Below, in pieces: positions 1 through 8,341 of a stretch of 32,000 nt of DNA. Within the stretch, counting starts at the first letter, position 1; each line of letters opens with the position of its first letter. The stretch lies in NCBI GenBank assembly GCA_029269845.2, contig CP149973.1, positions 2,270,729-2,302,728 of the forward strand. The letters are read 5' to 3'. Position numbers and translations under genes: made by a program. The stretch is from Opitutia bacterium KCR 482. GTDB lineage: Bacteria; Verrucomicrobiota; Verrucomicrobiia; Opitutales; Intestinicryptomonadaceae. The notes under the pieces were generated by a model, which worked only from the letters and a program-made list of their open reading frames with translations, was not told the origin of the DNA and did not search any database.

Positions 1-2
1 CC

Positions 3-656
3 GAAGAGGCAAAGGGCAAAATAAAACTCGGCGGGTATATCGACCCCGACTACGAGAAAATCCTGAGCGTAAAGCCCGAAATTTTCTTGCTCCCCACGAC
101 CGCCGATTCGCGCGTGGAGCGCAGGCTCTCTAAGCTCGGCATAAAATGCTTCGTTCTGAACGGCGAGGGGCTGGAAAACATTTCCGCCGATCTCCGTTTG
201 CTCGGCAGGCTTTTCGGGACATCGGAGACCGCGGAGAAAGTGGCCGACTCTTTCGACATGCTGTTGAAGTCGGGCTCTCCCGCGGGGAGGGGGCGTCGCG
301 CGATGTTCATGTTCGACAAAATGGCGGCGGGCAAAGGCTCGTTCGCCGGCGGGCTGCTTGCCGCCTGCGGGCTTGAAAACTGCGCCGACAAAACGGGGCG
401 TCCGTGGGCGGAGGTCGGGCGCGAATTCGTGCTGGCGGCGCGCCCCGATATTCTGTTTGTCGAATGCGGCGGCGAAGACTCCCGCGCGGGGCTCGAAAAA
501 TTCTACAAGACCGACCCCGTGTGGCGCACGACTCCCGCCGTCAAAAACGGCATGCTCTGCTTTGTGCCGAGTTCGAGCGTGCTTGTACCGTCGGTTCGAC
601 TTGCCGAAGCGCTGCGCATAATGAGGGCGTTTTGCGCGGCAACCGCCGAAAAGTAG
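3..656 (+). CDS. ABC-type periplasmic substrate-binding protein (BtuF/FhuD-like, Peripla_BP_2 type), 5'-truncated by the window edge
   Basis: Frame 3 is open from base 3 with no upstream stop. The track start at 87 is a TTG inside the frame. GYIDPDYEKILSVKPEIFLLP plus NISADLRLLGRLFG..ETAEKV and RPDILFVE match the layout of cobalamin/siderophore binding proteins. Stop at 654-656. Confidence 0.75.
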   Translation, partial: EEAKGKIKLGGYIDPDYEKILSVKPEIFLLPTTADSRVERRLSKLGIKCFVLNGEGLENISADLRLLGRLFGTSETAEKVADSFDMLLKSGSPAGRGRRAMFMFDKMAAGKGSFAGGLLAACGLENCADKTGRPWAEVGREFVLAARPDILFVECGGEDSRAGLEKFYKTDPVWRTTPAVKNGMLCFVPSSSVLVPSVRLAEALRIMRAFCAATAEK

Positions 657-718
657 TGTTGACATTCCCGCGCCCGAAGCTTTTTTTGTTCGCATAGAAC
701 CCAAACGTTTTTACTGAT

Positions 719-1450
719 ATGAAAAAATTGATTTCGGCAATTCTCGTTGCGGCGTCCGCCGCGCTTCTGTTCAACCCCGCGGCTTTTGCCGCGCCCGACG
801 CGAAATCCGGAGCTGCCGCAAAAGCGGCTCTGAAACAGCGTTTCAAGGACAACGTGGGAACTTCGCCCAACGGCGACGTCTATTTGAAATCATTTCCCGA
901 CGCCGATTTCTCGAAGCTTAAAAACACCGAGCTTGTGGGTTCGGCTCTGCTCGTCTTCCTTTCCTATGTTGACCCCGACTTGGACTTCGCCGCGCTCGAC
1001 AAGGCGATTTTGCGCGAAACCGGCGGCAAAAAAGGCTCTGTTCCGATTAAAAACATCATGGCGGGAATCGGAAAATACCTCGGAAGATACAACATGCAGT
1101 TGCAGAAAATCGCCGTCAGCGGTTCTTCCGTAAACTCGAAAATCGACGACGGCGCGCCCGTCATCGTGTGGCTTAAAATGGAACCCGGCGACAATATCTA
1201 CGACAAGATTTTCCTGCCGCGCTCCGCAAAGCGCGCAAACTTTTCCGATATCGACGAGTGGGGCAGGGAGCTTCGCAAGTCGGAGTTGAAAAAGTTCCCG
1301 CAGGGGCGGATTTTCGGGCGCGCGCTCATCGGCGGCTACAACAAAAAGAGCGGCGAATATCTCGTTTTCGGCATTTCAAAAAAGCCGATTTGGCTTACCG
1401 AAAAAGAGGTTCGCGGGCTTATGCTCGAAGCCTACCAGTTGCGCTATTGA
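719..1450 (+). CDS. Secreted protein of unknown function, cysteine-free
   Basis: ATG at 719. Sec signal MKKLISAILVAASAALLFNPAAFA|AP. Natural amino-acid composition. Followed by a strong terminator. No family recognised with confidence. Confidence 0.7.
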   Translation: MKKLISAILVAASAALLFNPAAFAAPDAKSGAAAKAALKQRFKDNVGTSPNGDVYLKSFPDADFSKLKNTELVGSALLVFLSYVDPDLDFAALDKAILRETGGKKGSVPIKNIMAGIGKYLGRYNMQLQKIAVSGSSVNSKIDDGAPVIVWLKMEPGDNIYDKIFLPRSAKRANFSDIDEWGRELRKSELKKFPQGRIFGRALIGGYNKKSGEYLVFGISKKPIWLTEKEVRGLMLEAYQLRY

Positions 1451-1465
1451 TTGCGCGGCGGGCGT

Positions 1466-1500
1466 AAAAAAACGGACGCTTTGCGGCGTCCGTTTTTTTG
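1466..1500. terminator. Bidirectional intrinsic terminator between convergent genes
   Basis: Stem ACGGACGC (1472-1479) pairs with GCGTCCGT (1486-1493). It is flanked by an A-run upstream and a T-run downstream. Confidence 0.75.
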
Positions 1501-1535
1501 TTTGTGCGTTCGCGCGTGTGGGGCGCGGGGCGTTT

Positions 1536-4352
1536 TTATTCGGCTACGATTTCGAAGAACGTAGACGGATTTTTCGAGTTGTCGATGTTTATCGAAAGCT
1601 CGCCGTCCGCGTTTGCAAGCGGGATTTCCGCCCTGCGTTCGCCGTTGTATTTCAGCTCGTACATCTTGTATTTTGCGTCGGCGGGCACTCTGAGCTTTGC
1701 CGACATCTTGCCGCGCCTAATCAGGATTTTCGAGTTCGGCGAGGGGTTTTTGAGCAGCACCGTGCGGTAGACGTCGAGGTTTATGTCGGCGTTGATGTTG
1801 TCGGTGTTGTAGATGAAGACTATGCGCTTGCTTTCGGAAAGCGGCGAGCCGTCCATCGAGCATGCCGCGACCGCGCACGGAACGGTGGACGAAATTTCCG
1901 TCAGGGCGTCGAGATTTTCGACGCCTTTCTTGAATGCCACCGCCTCCGTCTTCGGCGTGATTGCGGAGATGCTCTCCTTTTTCGCGTCGAGGAGAATCTG
2001 GTTCGTGTCGGAGTGGTACACGCCCGCCGCCGGCGACGTGCAGTTGTTTTCGTCGAGGATTCCGTTTTTGCGCATTTGCATAACGAACGCCTCTTCGTCG
2101 AATTTTTCGCCGATGCTCGCGCCCGTCGACGAGAAGTTTTGCGCCGAGCTTGTCAGCGACGCCCCCACGGGAAGCATTGTCATGTCGGGCTTTTTTATTT
2201 TTATGTGCGCGAGTTTTTCGGGAATCCGCGCCCCCTCGAATTTCACCGAGAAGCCGCTAAGCAGCGCAATGCGCGTCTGCGCCCCGTTTGCCGAGCGCGA
2301 CATGTTTGCGTTGTTTTCAACGTAGTTTTTCGGGAAGAAAAGCTCGACACGGTGTTTCGATTTCTTTGCGTCGCCGCGCATGAACAGGCAGTATGTCAGA
2401 AATTCGTTCGCCCTGAACACGGGCGATTTCGACACGCTGAAAGGCCCGAGCACGTTGCCTTTTTTCGCTCCCGTTCTCACGCCGTCGCAGTGGACAATCA
2501 TTCCGTCGAAATCCTGCAATGCCGCGTACGCGCCGAAGACAAGTCCGCCCTCGTGCTTGTATTGGTTCCAGTGGCAGTGGTTGTATTCGGTAAGGCAAAT
2601 CGGGCGGCCAGAGATTTTCCGCGCAACGCCCGCGCGCATTGTGTTTGCGAAGCCCGACGCCTCGCTCAGCGAGCTTTCCTGCCCGACGTGCGAGTTAATC
2701 TGCGTGAAGTCCGACGGGTGCTTGAAGTAGACGTTGAGCGTGGAATAGTCGGCGATTTCGGAGCTCATATACGCCATGTTTAGCGTGCGGTTGCAGTTGT
2801 ACTGGTAAATCAGACCGTCGTATCCGATGTCGTTTTTTACCACTTTTTCGCAGAATTTGCGGAACTCGTCGTTTTTGATTTTGCAGAAATTGACCCATTC
2901 GGAGGTTTCGGACTCGTTGGCGAAGTCGATTTCGCCGAACTTTTTGTAGTCCTTTCTTGCGAATTTGCCCGTCGCGTTCATGTTTTCGACTGTGCCGTAT
3001 TTTGCCTCGGCGTACTTTGCGAACTCCGAATTCGCAAGGGCTACGGTTTCGGCGTCGAGCAGGCGGAAGACGTAGAGGAGGTCCATTTCGTTCCAGAATT
3101 CCATGCCCATGAAAACGGGGTCTTCCTTCCACGCAAGCCCCGTATAGGGGTTGATGTGCTCGAGCTGTTTGCGTGCGTGCGCCTCCCAGTCTTTGCGGGT
3201 TTTTTCGTCGCCCATGAGCATTTTCATTTTTGTTGAAAACCTCGCGTCCCAGCTTTTTTTAGACTCGTCGAACACGTTGTTGCCGATGAGCAGGTTCAGG
3301 TATATGCCGTTCTTTTTCGCCTCGGAGATGAGGTAGTCGTAGAGGTCGAAGCCCTCGGCGAGCTTGGCGGGGTCGGTCGAGCAGAGGAAGTCGGACGTGT
3401 GGAAGCGCAGCAGGTTGTAGCCTTGGCGTTTCGCTATTTGGCAGAGCTTTTTGAGGTTTTCCTTTGTCTCCCGAACGTCTTTGCCGCGCTCGCCCGCCAA
3501 GTACCATACCGTTCCGTGGAATTTAAGCTTTGCTTTCGGCCTCTTTTCGAACGCAAATTTGCCGCGCTTCGAGACAATCACCCTGCCGAATTTTCCGGCG
3601 GGGGCGCTGTCGAAATTCTTGGAGAGGTCGAGCGCGCTGCCTTTGGCGATTGCGATGTCGGATATGTCGGTTTCGACCCATTCCGCGGAGGAGGGCACGA
3701 ATTTGGGGTAGTTTTTCGAAACCGAGATTCCCGCCACGACCCACGTCGCGATGCCGCACGTTGAGAGTTTCAGCGACTTAATCCGCTTCGGCTCTATTCT
3801 GATTCGGCTGAAATAGTATGCGGGCGCGGAGGCGTCGGAGGGACGCCAGACTTTTGCGTTCGCTCTATCCTTCGGTTGCAGGGCGTTCATTACGTCGATT
3901 GCGTATTCGAGCAGGATTTCCTTTTTTTTGCCGTCGGCGTATGTTATTTCGATTTTTCCGATTCGCGTGTAGCGCACGTCGGGCGACTTTGTGCTGGTGT
4001 GCAGCAGGTTCAGCGACTCGCCCGCAACGTTCTGCCCGTCCAAGTCGAGCACGACTTCCCTCAGCCCCGTTTTCGACTTTTCGCATTCGAAAGTCAGCAC
4101 CGCCTTGCCGTTGTTGTTTTCTGGGCGGATAAGGTCGAACTTTTCTCCGTAGACCGTGTTTATTCCGTCCTTGTAGGCGGGCGAGAGGTTCACGCCGTCG
4201 TCGGTGAAGCCGCCCCTGCCGTCGCCCTTGATTCCGTTGTCGGTCAGCCCGAAATTGACTGCGTTCCTGATTGATATTGTCTGCGCGTGCGCCGTCGAAA
4301 TGCCCGAAAGCATGGCTGCGGCGGCAGTCCAAATAAGGATTTTTTTTGTCAT
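1536..4352 (-). CDS. Secreted glycoside hydrolase, clan GH-A (TIM-barrel) type with a long N-terminal non-catalytic region; family not assignable by eye
   Basis: Internal ATG at 4352 gives the signal peptide MTKKILIWTAAAAMLSGISTAHA|Q. The 94 codons upstream in the track ORF look non-coding. HINPYTGLAWKEDPVFMGMEFWNE fits a clan-A acid/base NE motif, and ICLTEYNH is a candidate nucleophile strand. Confidence 0.72.
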   Translation of the reverse strand: MTKKILIWTAAAAMLSGISTAHAQTISIRNAVNFGLTDNGIKGDGRGGFTDDGVNLSPAYKDGINTVYGEKFDLIRPENNNGKAVLTFECEKSKTGLREVVLDLDGQNVAGESLNLLHTSTKSPDVRYTRIGKIEITYADGKKKEILLEYAIDVMNALQPKDRANAKVWRPSDASAPAYYFSRIRIEPKRIKSLKLSTCGIATWVVAGISVSKNYPKFVPSSAEWVETDISDIAIAKGSALDLSKNFDSAPAGKFGRVIVSKRGKFAFEKRPKAKLKFHGTVWYLAGERGKDVRETKENLKKLCQIAKRQGYNLLRFHTSDFLCSTDPAKLAEGFDLYDYLISEAKKNGIYLNLLIGNNVFDESKKSWDARFSTKMKMLMGDEKTRKDWEAHARKQLEHINPYTGLAWKEDPVFMGMEFWNEMDLLYVFRLLDAETVALANSEFAKYAEAKYGTVENMNATGKFARKDYKKFGEIDFANESETSEWVNFCKIKNDEFRKFCEKVVKNDIGYDGLIYQYNCNRTLNMAYMSSEIADYSTLNVYFKHPSDFTQINSHVGQESSLSEASGFANTMRAGVARKISGRPICLTEYNHCHWNQYKHEGGLVFGAYAALQDFDGMIVHCDGVRTGAKKGNVLGPFSVSKSPVFRANEFLTYCLFMRGDAKKSKHRVELFFPKNYVENNANMSRSANGAQTRIALLSGFSVKFEGARIPEKLAHIKIKKPDMTMLPVGASLTSSAQNFSSTGASIGEKFDEEAFVMQMRKNGILDENNCTSPAAGVYHSDTNQILLDAKKESISAITPKTEAVAFKKGVENLDALTEISSTVPCAVAACSMDGSPLSESKRIVFIYNTDNINADINLDVYRTVLLKNPSPNSKILIRRGKMSAKLRVPADAKYKMYELKYNGERRAEIPLANADGELSINIDNSKNPSTFFEIVAE

Positions 4353-4477
4353 GTGCAAGTTGTTTCTCTGTTGAATTCGGAGCGGTGTTTGTAGGCGTTG
4401 AAAAGCTTTGCAAAAACCGGCGTCCGTGTCGATATATTTTTGCGGTTTAGAAAGTTGTTTTTTTGCGCAAAGCTGCG

Positions 4478-6625
4478 CTACTGGCATCTGCCGAAGCCCT
4501 CCGCCTCGACTTTCCAGCCGCGCGGGAATGCGCGGGACGTTTCGGAAAATTCCTCCGCCGACATGCCGTCCCAGCCGCCCGCAAGCATGGCGACAGCCGC
4601 CAGAAAGCCGCCGTTCGACGGGAAATAGGGGCATGGGCCGCCCGTCGCTACGCCGTGTTCGTCGAACTCGAAGTTTTTGGACGGATAGAGCAGGAAGTCC
4701 ACCGCGGTGTTTGCGTCGCCCGTACGCGCCGCCGCCATTGCGAGCATGGGGAAATCCCAGCCCCAGACTCTGTCGAAATTCCAGAGCTTGCGGATTTTTG
4801 CGAGCGTCGCCTTAGCGGTTTTTGCGTCCGCGCCGTCGCCGCGCAGCATGCCGAAAACGCCGATTAGCGCGGGGTGCTCGAAGTTGAATTTCTCCCACAT
4901 TTTTTCTACGCCTTCGTGGAGGACATAGACCCCGTTTTCGGTCGGCAGGGGCGCGAGCTTTTCGAGAACGTCGAGCCATTCGCGCGGCTTTTCCTCGCCG
5001 AGCCTCTCCTTCCATTTGAGCGCGGTCGCAAGCCCGTAGCGCCAGTAGGAAAGCTCGAAAGTCGGGTTTTTTGTCTCGAAGGGGTTTGTGTTTTCCGACA
5101 CGGGCGTAAGCGGCGGGGGAAGCTCGAAGACGCCGCCGTTTTTCCGCGGGTACGACGCCAGAAATTCCGCCGTTTCGAAAACGGTGTCGCGCCATTTTTC
5201 GAGCGTCTCCGCCGACGGGTTCGCCCTGTAAATTTCCTCGGCAAAGTAAATCGGGTGCGGCTGCTGCCAAATCAGCGTCGCGTGGATTAGGTGCGGCCAC
5301 TCGGCGGGAATATTGCCCGTAGCCTTGTTCCACTTCGCGCCCCTGTATCCCTCGCGCTTGGCGCGTTCGCGCGCCTGCGGCAGGTATTTTTCGAAAACCT
5401 CCCACTGCTTTTGCGCAATTTCGCCGCGCCCCCACAGCCCGAAGTGGACGCTGTGCCACCAAATCATTTCGTAGTGGAATTTTCCGTACCAGCTGTTCGA
5501 CAGCAGCCCGCTTTCCTGCGACGGCAGCGAGCCTCCCGAATTTATCCGCATGAGGTATTGCGAGAGCACCGCGCGGCGTTCGATTTCGCGGGCGCGGGGG
5601 TCGGCGGTTTTTGAGAGGTCTATTGCCGCGCCCGAAAGCCAGTAGTTTTGCCAGACGCGGCGGCTTTCTGCGGCTGATTCGGCGAAGCCGAAGCCTCCCT
5701 TTGCGAAGCCCGACTTCGAGAAATTTGCGAACACTTCGATTTTCCCCTGCGACGGCGCGAGCGTTAGCTTATGCGGGTTTTCGGGATCGACTGACATTTC
5801 CGCCTCGCCGTTCCATACCACCGTTATGAAGTGTTTTTGTCCGTCGATTTCGCGCAGTATTTCGGCGCGGTTTCCTGCGATTTCGGCTTTCGTGCTGTGG
5901 AGTTCGGGCTTGTCCCAGCTGCCGACGTAAAGCGGGTAGCCGCTAGCGTTCGGGCGCGGAAATTCGAAAAACACTTTTGCGTTTCCGCTTTCGAACGCCT
6001 CCGACGTTATTTCGAAAGCGACGGTGTCGTCGCCCTGTCGGCAGAGCGTTTTTACGGCGAATTTCGCGCCGTCAAGCTCGAACGAGCTTTCCGCGATTCC
6101 GCCGAAGAGGTCGAGCTTCTGCCGCGCGTTTGCGATGTCCGATTCCGCCGCCGCCGAGCCGTCCCGCCGCGTCAGCGCAAGCCCGATTCTTCCGAGGTTG
6201 AACGCCGACGGATTTTGCGCAAGCCACTTTGCCCGCCGCTTTTGCGCATCGGAGAGCTTGAAGTCGGGGAAGTCGCGCCGCCACTGGGGATATTTTAGCG
6301 GCTCCCTGTCCACGGGCAGAAACACGGTTTTGCCTTTGACTTTGAACGGCACTCCCCCGAAATCTTCGCCGCCGCGCGGTTCGGGCGCGATGTGCCACGC
6401 CCAGTGCGCGAGCGTGTTGAACGGAACGAATGTCTGCATGCCCGTGATGTCGAAGTTGTACGCAAATTCGCCGTTGCCGACCTGCGCCGGCGACTTCGGG
6501 TTTGTTTTGGCGGTCTCCACGTTGTGCCGTTCGACCACCGCTCGCCTGTCGATTTTGCCCGCCGCCGCCGTCGCCGCGAGAACGACTGCCGCCGCCGCAA
6601 AAATCCGCTTAATAAATTTATCCAT
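4478..6625 (-). CDS. Secreted six-hairpin (alpha/alpha)6-like glycosidase candidate, family unknown
   Basis: Signal peptide MDKFIKRIFAAAAVVLAATAAAG. The N-terminal RHNV....VGNGEFAYNFDITGMQTF segment and the W/H-rich core (SWYGKFHYEMIWWHSVHFGLWGR) resemble uncharacterised six-hairpin glycosidase-like proteins. Function is inferred. Confidence 0.65.
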   Translation of the reverse strand: MDKFIKRIFAAAAVVLAATAAAGKIDRRAVVERHNVETAKTNPKSPAQVGNGEFAYNFDITGMQTFVPFNTLAHWAWHIAPEPRGGEDFGGVPFKVKGKTVFLPVDREPLKYPQWRRDFPDFKLSDAQKRRAKWLAQNPSAFNLGRIGLALTRRDGSAAAESDIANARQKLDLFGGIAESSFELDGAKFAVKTLCRQGDDTVAFEITSEAFESGNAKVFFEFPRPNASGYPLYVGSWDKPELHSTKAEIAGNRAEILREIDGQKHFITVVWNGEAEMSVDPENPHKLTLAPSQGKIEVFANFSKSGFAKGGFGFAESAAESRRVWQNYWLSGAAIDLSKTADPRAREIERRAVLSQYLMRINSGGSLPSQESGLLSNSWYGKFHYEMIWWHSVHFGLWGRGEIAQKQWEVFEKYLPQARERAKREGYRGAKWNKATGNIPAEWPHLIHATLIWQQPHPIYFAEEIYRANPSAETLEKWRDTVFETAEFLASYPRKNGGVFELPPPLTPVSENTNPFETKNPTFELSYWRYGLATALKWKERLGEEKPREWLDVLEKLAPLPTENGVYVLHEGVEKMWEKFNFEHPALIGVFGMLRGDGADAKTAKATLAKIRKLWNFDRVWGWDFPMLAMAAARTGDANTAVDFLLYPSKNFEFDEHGVATGGPCPYFPSNGGFLAAVAMLAGGWDGMSAEEFSETSRAFPRGWKVEAEGFGRCQ

Positions 6626-6635
6626 TCGCCGATTT

Positions 6636-6706
6636 TATAAAAATTACACGTCCCCGTTCAAGAACATTATTCTATAAAAAATGCACGTCTCCGTTCATGA
6701 ACATTA
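6636..6706. repeat. Tandem imperfect direct repeat, two 34-bp units with a 37-bp period, in a divergent intergenic region
   Basis: Unit 1 (6636-6669) is TATAAAAATTACACGTCCCCGTTCAAGAACATTA. Unit 2 (6673-6706) is TATAAAAAATGCACGTCTCCGTTCATGAACATTA. They match at 30 of 34 positions. Each holds a GTTC-WW-GAAC palindrome (6656-6665 and 6693-6702). Confidence 0.65.
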
Positions 6707-6796
6707 AATTTCGCATTGCAATTTGCTTGAAATTTTTTGCGGTTGGGTTCTTTATAAAAATATCCTCGAACAAACTACAAACACAGCGTAAAAAAT

Positions 6797-7618
6797 ATGA
6801 AAAAATCAATACTTGCAATTCTGTCCATCGCGGCTCTCTCGGCCGCGGCGAATGCCGAAAAGTCCGACAGGGGAGACCTCTCGGGCGTAAACGCCGCCGA
6901 CATCAGGGCTCAGAAGCCCGCCGTCGTTGCGCCCGCCCCCGAAGCAACGGCTCCTGCGGTTGTCGTAGCCGACAAGCCCGCGTGCGGCAAGTCGTGCCCA
7001 GCCGCGCAAAAGGCGGCTTCCAAGAGCTATCTTACGCAGTTCGGCAAAAGCTGGGCGGCAATCGGCGGCGGAGTCAATATCTATAAAATCGATGGTCGCC
7101 AGAAGCTCGGCGCAAACGGCGCGCTCGAACTGAGCATCAACGCCCTCAGCTTCGACGACGACAAATACGGCTTGAACGTCCTCGTTCCGCTTTCGTTCGA
7201 CTATATCAGCGTGGACAGCGAAAGCGATGTGTACCGCTTCGCATTCCCTCTCAACCTCCGCCCCTATTACAGATTCGACGTTTGCGAAGACGTTGTAATT
7301 ACGCCTTTCGGCGATTTCGCGGCGGGCGGTTCGTACGCGTATGTCAGCAGCTACGGCGCGGCCAAGAACTTGGCGTTCCTGTGGTCGCTCGGCGCGGGCG
7401 TTGAAATTTCGTTCTGCGAAGTTTTCTCGTTCACGCCCAAGTACACTTGGCTTAACGAAGAGGACGCGGGTTCTTCATACCGCCAGATTGCCTCCGCCGA
7501 ATTTGCTTGGAAGTTTGCCGACAACATGGTTGCCGTCGCAGAATACGGCTACTCCTTCTTCCGCGAAGCTTCCGCCCGCGACCATGCGGTTGTTGTAAAG
7601 CTCCGCTACGAGTTCTAA
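6797..7618 (+). CDS. Outer-membrane beta-barrel protein (small OMP) with a low-complexity Ala/Pro-rich N-terminal linker
   Basis: Signal peptide MKKSILAILSIAALSAAANA. The second half shows alternating amphipathic strands. The C-terminus ...VVKLRYEF ends in Phe, as in OMPs. A terminator follows. Confidence 0.7.
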   Translation: MKKSILAILSIAALSAAANAEKSDRGDLSGVNAADIRAQKPAVVAPAPEATAPAVVVADKPACGKSCPAAQKAASKSYLTQFGKSWAAIGGGVNIYKIDGRQKLGANGALELSINALSFDDDKYGLNVLVPLSFDYISVDSESDVYRFAFPLNLRPYYRFDVCEDVVITPFGDFAAGGSYAYVSSYGAAKNLAFLWSLGAGVEISFCEVFSFTPKYTWLNEEDAGSSYRQIASAEFAWKFADNMVAVAEYGYSFFREASARDHAVVVKLRYEF

Positions 7619-7634
7619 TCGCGCAGTCAGGCGC

Positions 7635-7667
7635 AAAAAAAAGCCGCGTAAAAGCGGCTTTTTTTTG
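7635..7667. terminator. Bidirectional intrinsic terminator
   Basis: Stem AAGCCGC (7641-7647) pairs with GCGGCTT (7654-7660). Flanked by an A8 run and a T8 run. Confidence 0.75.
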
Positions 7668-7683
7668 TGCCCGTTGCGGCGGG

Positions 7684-7701
7684 AAAAACCGCCGTTGGCG
7701 G
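7684..7701 (-). terminator. Possible minus-strand terminator downstream of the adenosyltransferase gene
   Basis: CCGCC-GTT-GGCGG hairpin (7689-7701). The A-run at 7684-7688 on the plus strand gives a U-run after the hairpin on the minus strand. The stem is short. Confidence 0.35.
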
Positions 7702-7815
7702 AGGAGGGAGTAGCGTGAAACAGCTACTGCGGCGGAGGGCGACGTAGCGTCGCGGCGAAAAACTGCCGCCGCGCAGGAAAGTTCCGCCGTTGCGTTGCGC
7801 GGTGTGCGTTTTGCT

Positions 7816-8340
7816 TTATTTTGCGGCGGCGTCCTGCGCCATGAGGTAGAGCAGGTCGGAAAGCCTGTTGACGTAGCGCAGGGGGAAGTCTCTCGCAAGA
7901 CCGTCGGCTTCGGCGAGTTTCACGATTTCGCGCTCGGCGTTTCTGCACCGCGCCCGCGCCATGTCGAGCGACGCCTGCAAGCTGTTTTCGCCCGAATGCG
8001 TCCAGCCCATGAACGTGTTGCCGCCGCCCTCGTAGGCGTCGATTTGCGCTTCGAGCTCGGCGAGGTCGGAGTCGCCGAGAGTCTTGATGTTCTTTTCGGC
8101 GAGTTTGGGGAAGTCCTCCCTTGCCGTCGCAAGCTCCGTCATCAGGAACACGAGTTTTTCCTGAATGCGCAGGAGCTTTTTTGCTGTCTCTTCGGGCGCG
8201 AACGACCGCGCCAAGCCGATTGTAGCCGAGCAGTCGTCGAGCGCGCCGTATGCGCAGACGTTCGGAGACGCCTTCGAAACTTCGCGCATGAACACGAGTT
8301 TCGTTTTGCCGCCGTCGCCGTTTTTTGTCGAGATTTTCAT
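7816..8340 (-). CDS. pduO: PduO-type ATP:cob(I)alamin adenosyltransferase
   Basis: N-terminus MKISTKNGDGGKTKL......VSKASPNVCAYGALDDCSATIGLA matches the PduO/MMAB-type signature (MKIYTKTGD.G.T.L...RV.K....V.AYG..DEL...IG). Size is 174 aa. The start lies 1 nt after the argS stop. Confidence 0.85.
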   Translation of the reverse strand: MKISTKNGDGGKTKLVFMREVSKASPNVCAYGALDDCSATIGLARSFAPEETAKKLLRIQEKLVFLMTELATAREDFPKLAEKNIKTLGDSDLAELEAQIDAYEGGGNTFMGWTHSGENSLQASLDMARARCRNAEREIVKLAEADGLARDFPLRYVNRLSDLLYLMAQDAAAK

Positions 8341-8341
8341 T

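Noticed and set aside
1-720. Cobalamin riboswitch near the BtuF-like gene or near pduO (7816-8340)
   Set aside because: I found no B12-box-like or conserved riboswitch core sequence in the short spacers. The BtuF-like gene's upstream region lies outside the window. A cmscan would be decisive.
1518-2783. Other long antisense ORFs (1518-2783 +, 11578-12663 +, 25277-26356 +, 29402-30580 +, 30824-31708 +, 21060-21959 -, 8337-9389 -)
   Set aside because: Each lies opposite a better-supported CDS and translates to Arg/Val/Phe/Ala-rich sequence. No independent start context or terminators support them.
4353-4634. N-terminal extensions in the ORF track (4353-4634, 19603-19893, 31346-31678, 13857-13967, 29308-29376, 22336-22374, 19634-19750)
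   Set aside because: Internal ATG or GTG starts give canonical signal peptides or family-typical N-termini. The extensions are compositionally non-coding and in three cases run through terminator hairpins or overlap the neighbouring gene.
6697-7086. 129-aa plus-strand ORF overlapping the OMP gene start in another frame
   Set aside because: It starts inside the repeat/promoter region, is highly basic (R/K/G-rich), and overlaps a better ORF that has a signal peptide.
7702-7815. Series of short hairpins (AGTAGC..GCTACT, CGACG-TAG-CGTCG) each preceded by GGAGGG, in the pduO 3' region
   Set aside because: The stems are short, the background is GC-rich, and there is no repeat periodicity or recognisable RNA family. 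This is most simply 3'-UTR or terminator-associated structure.
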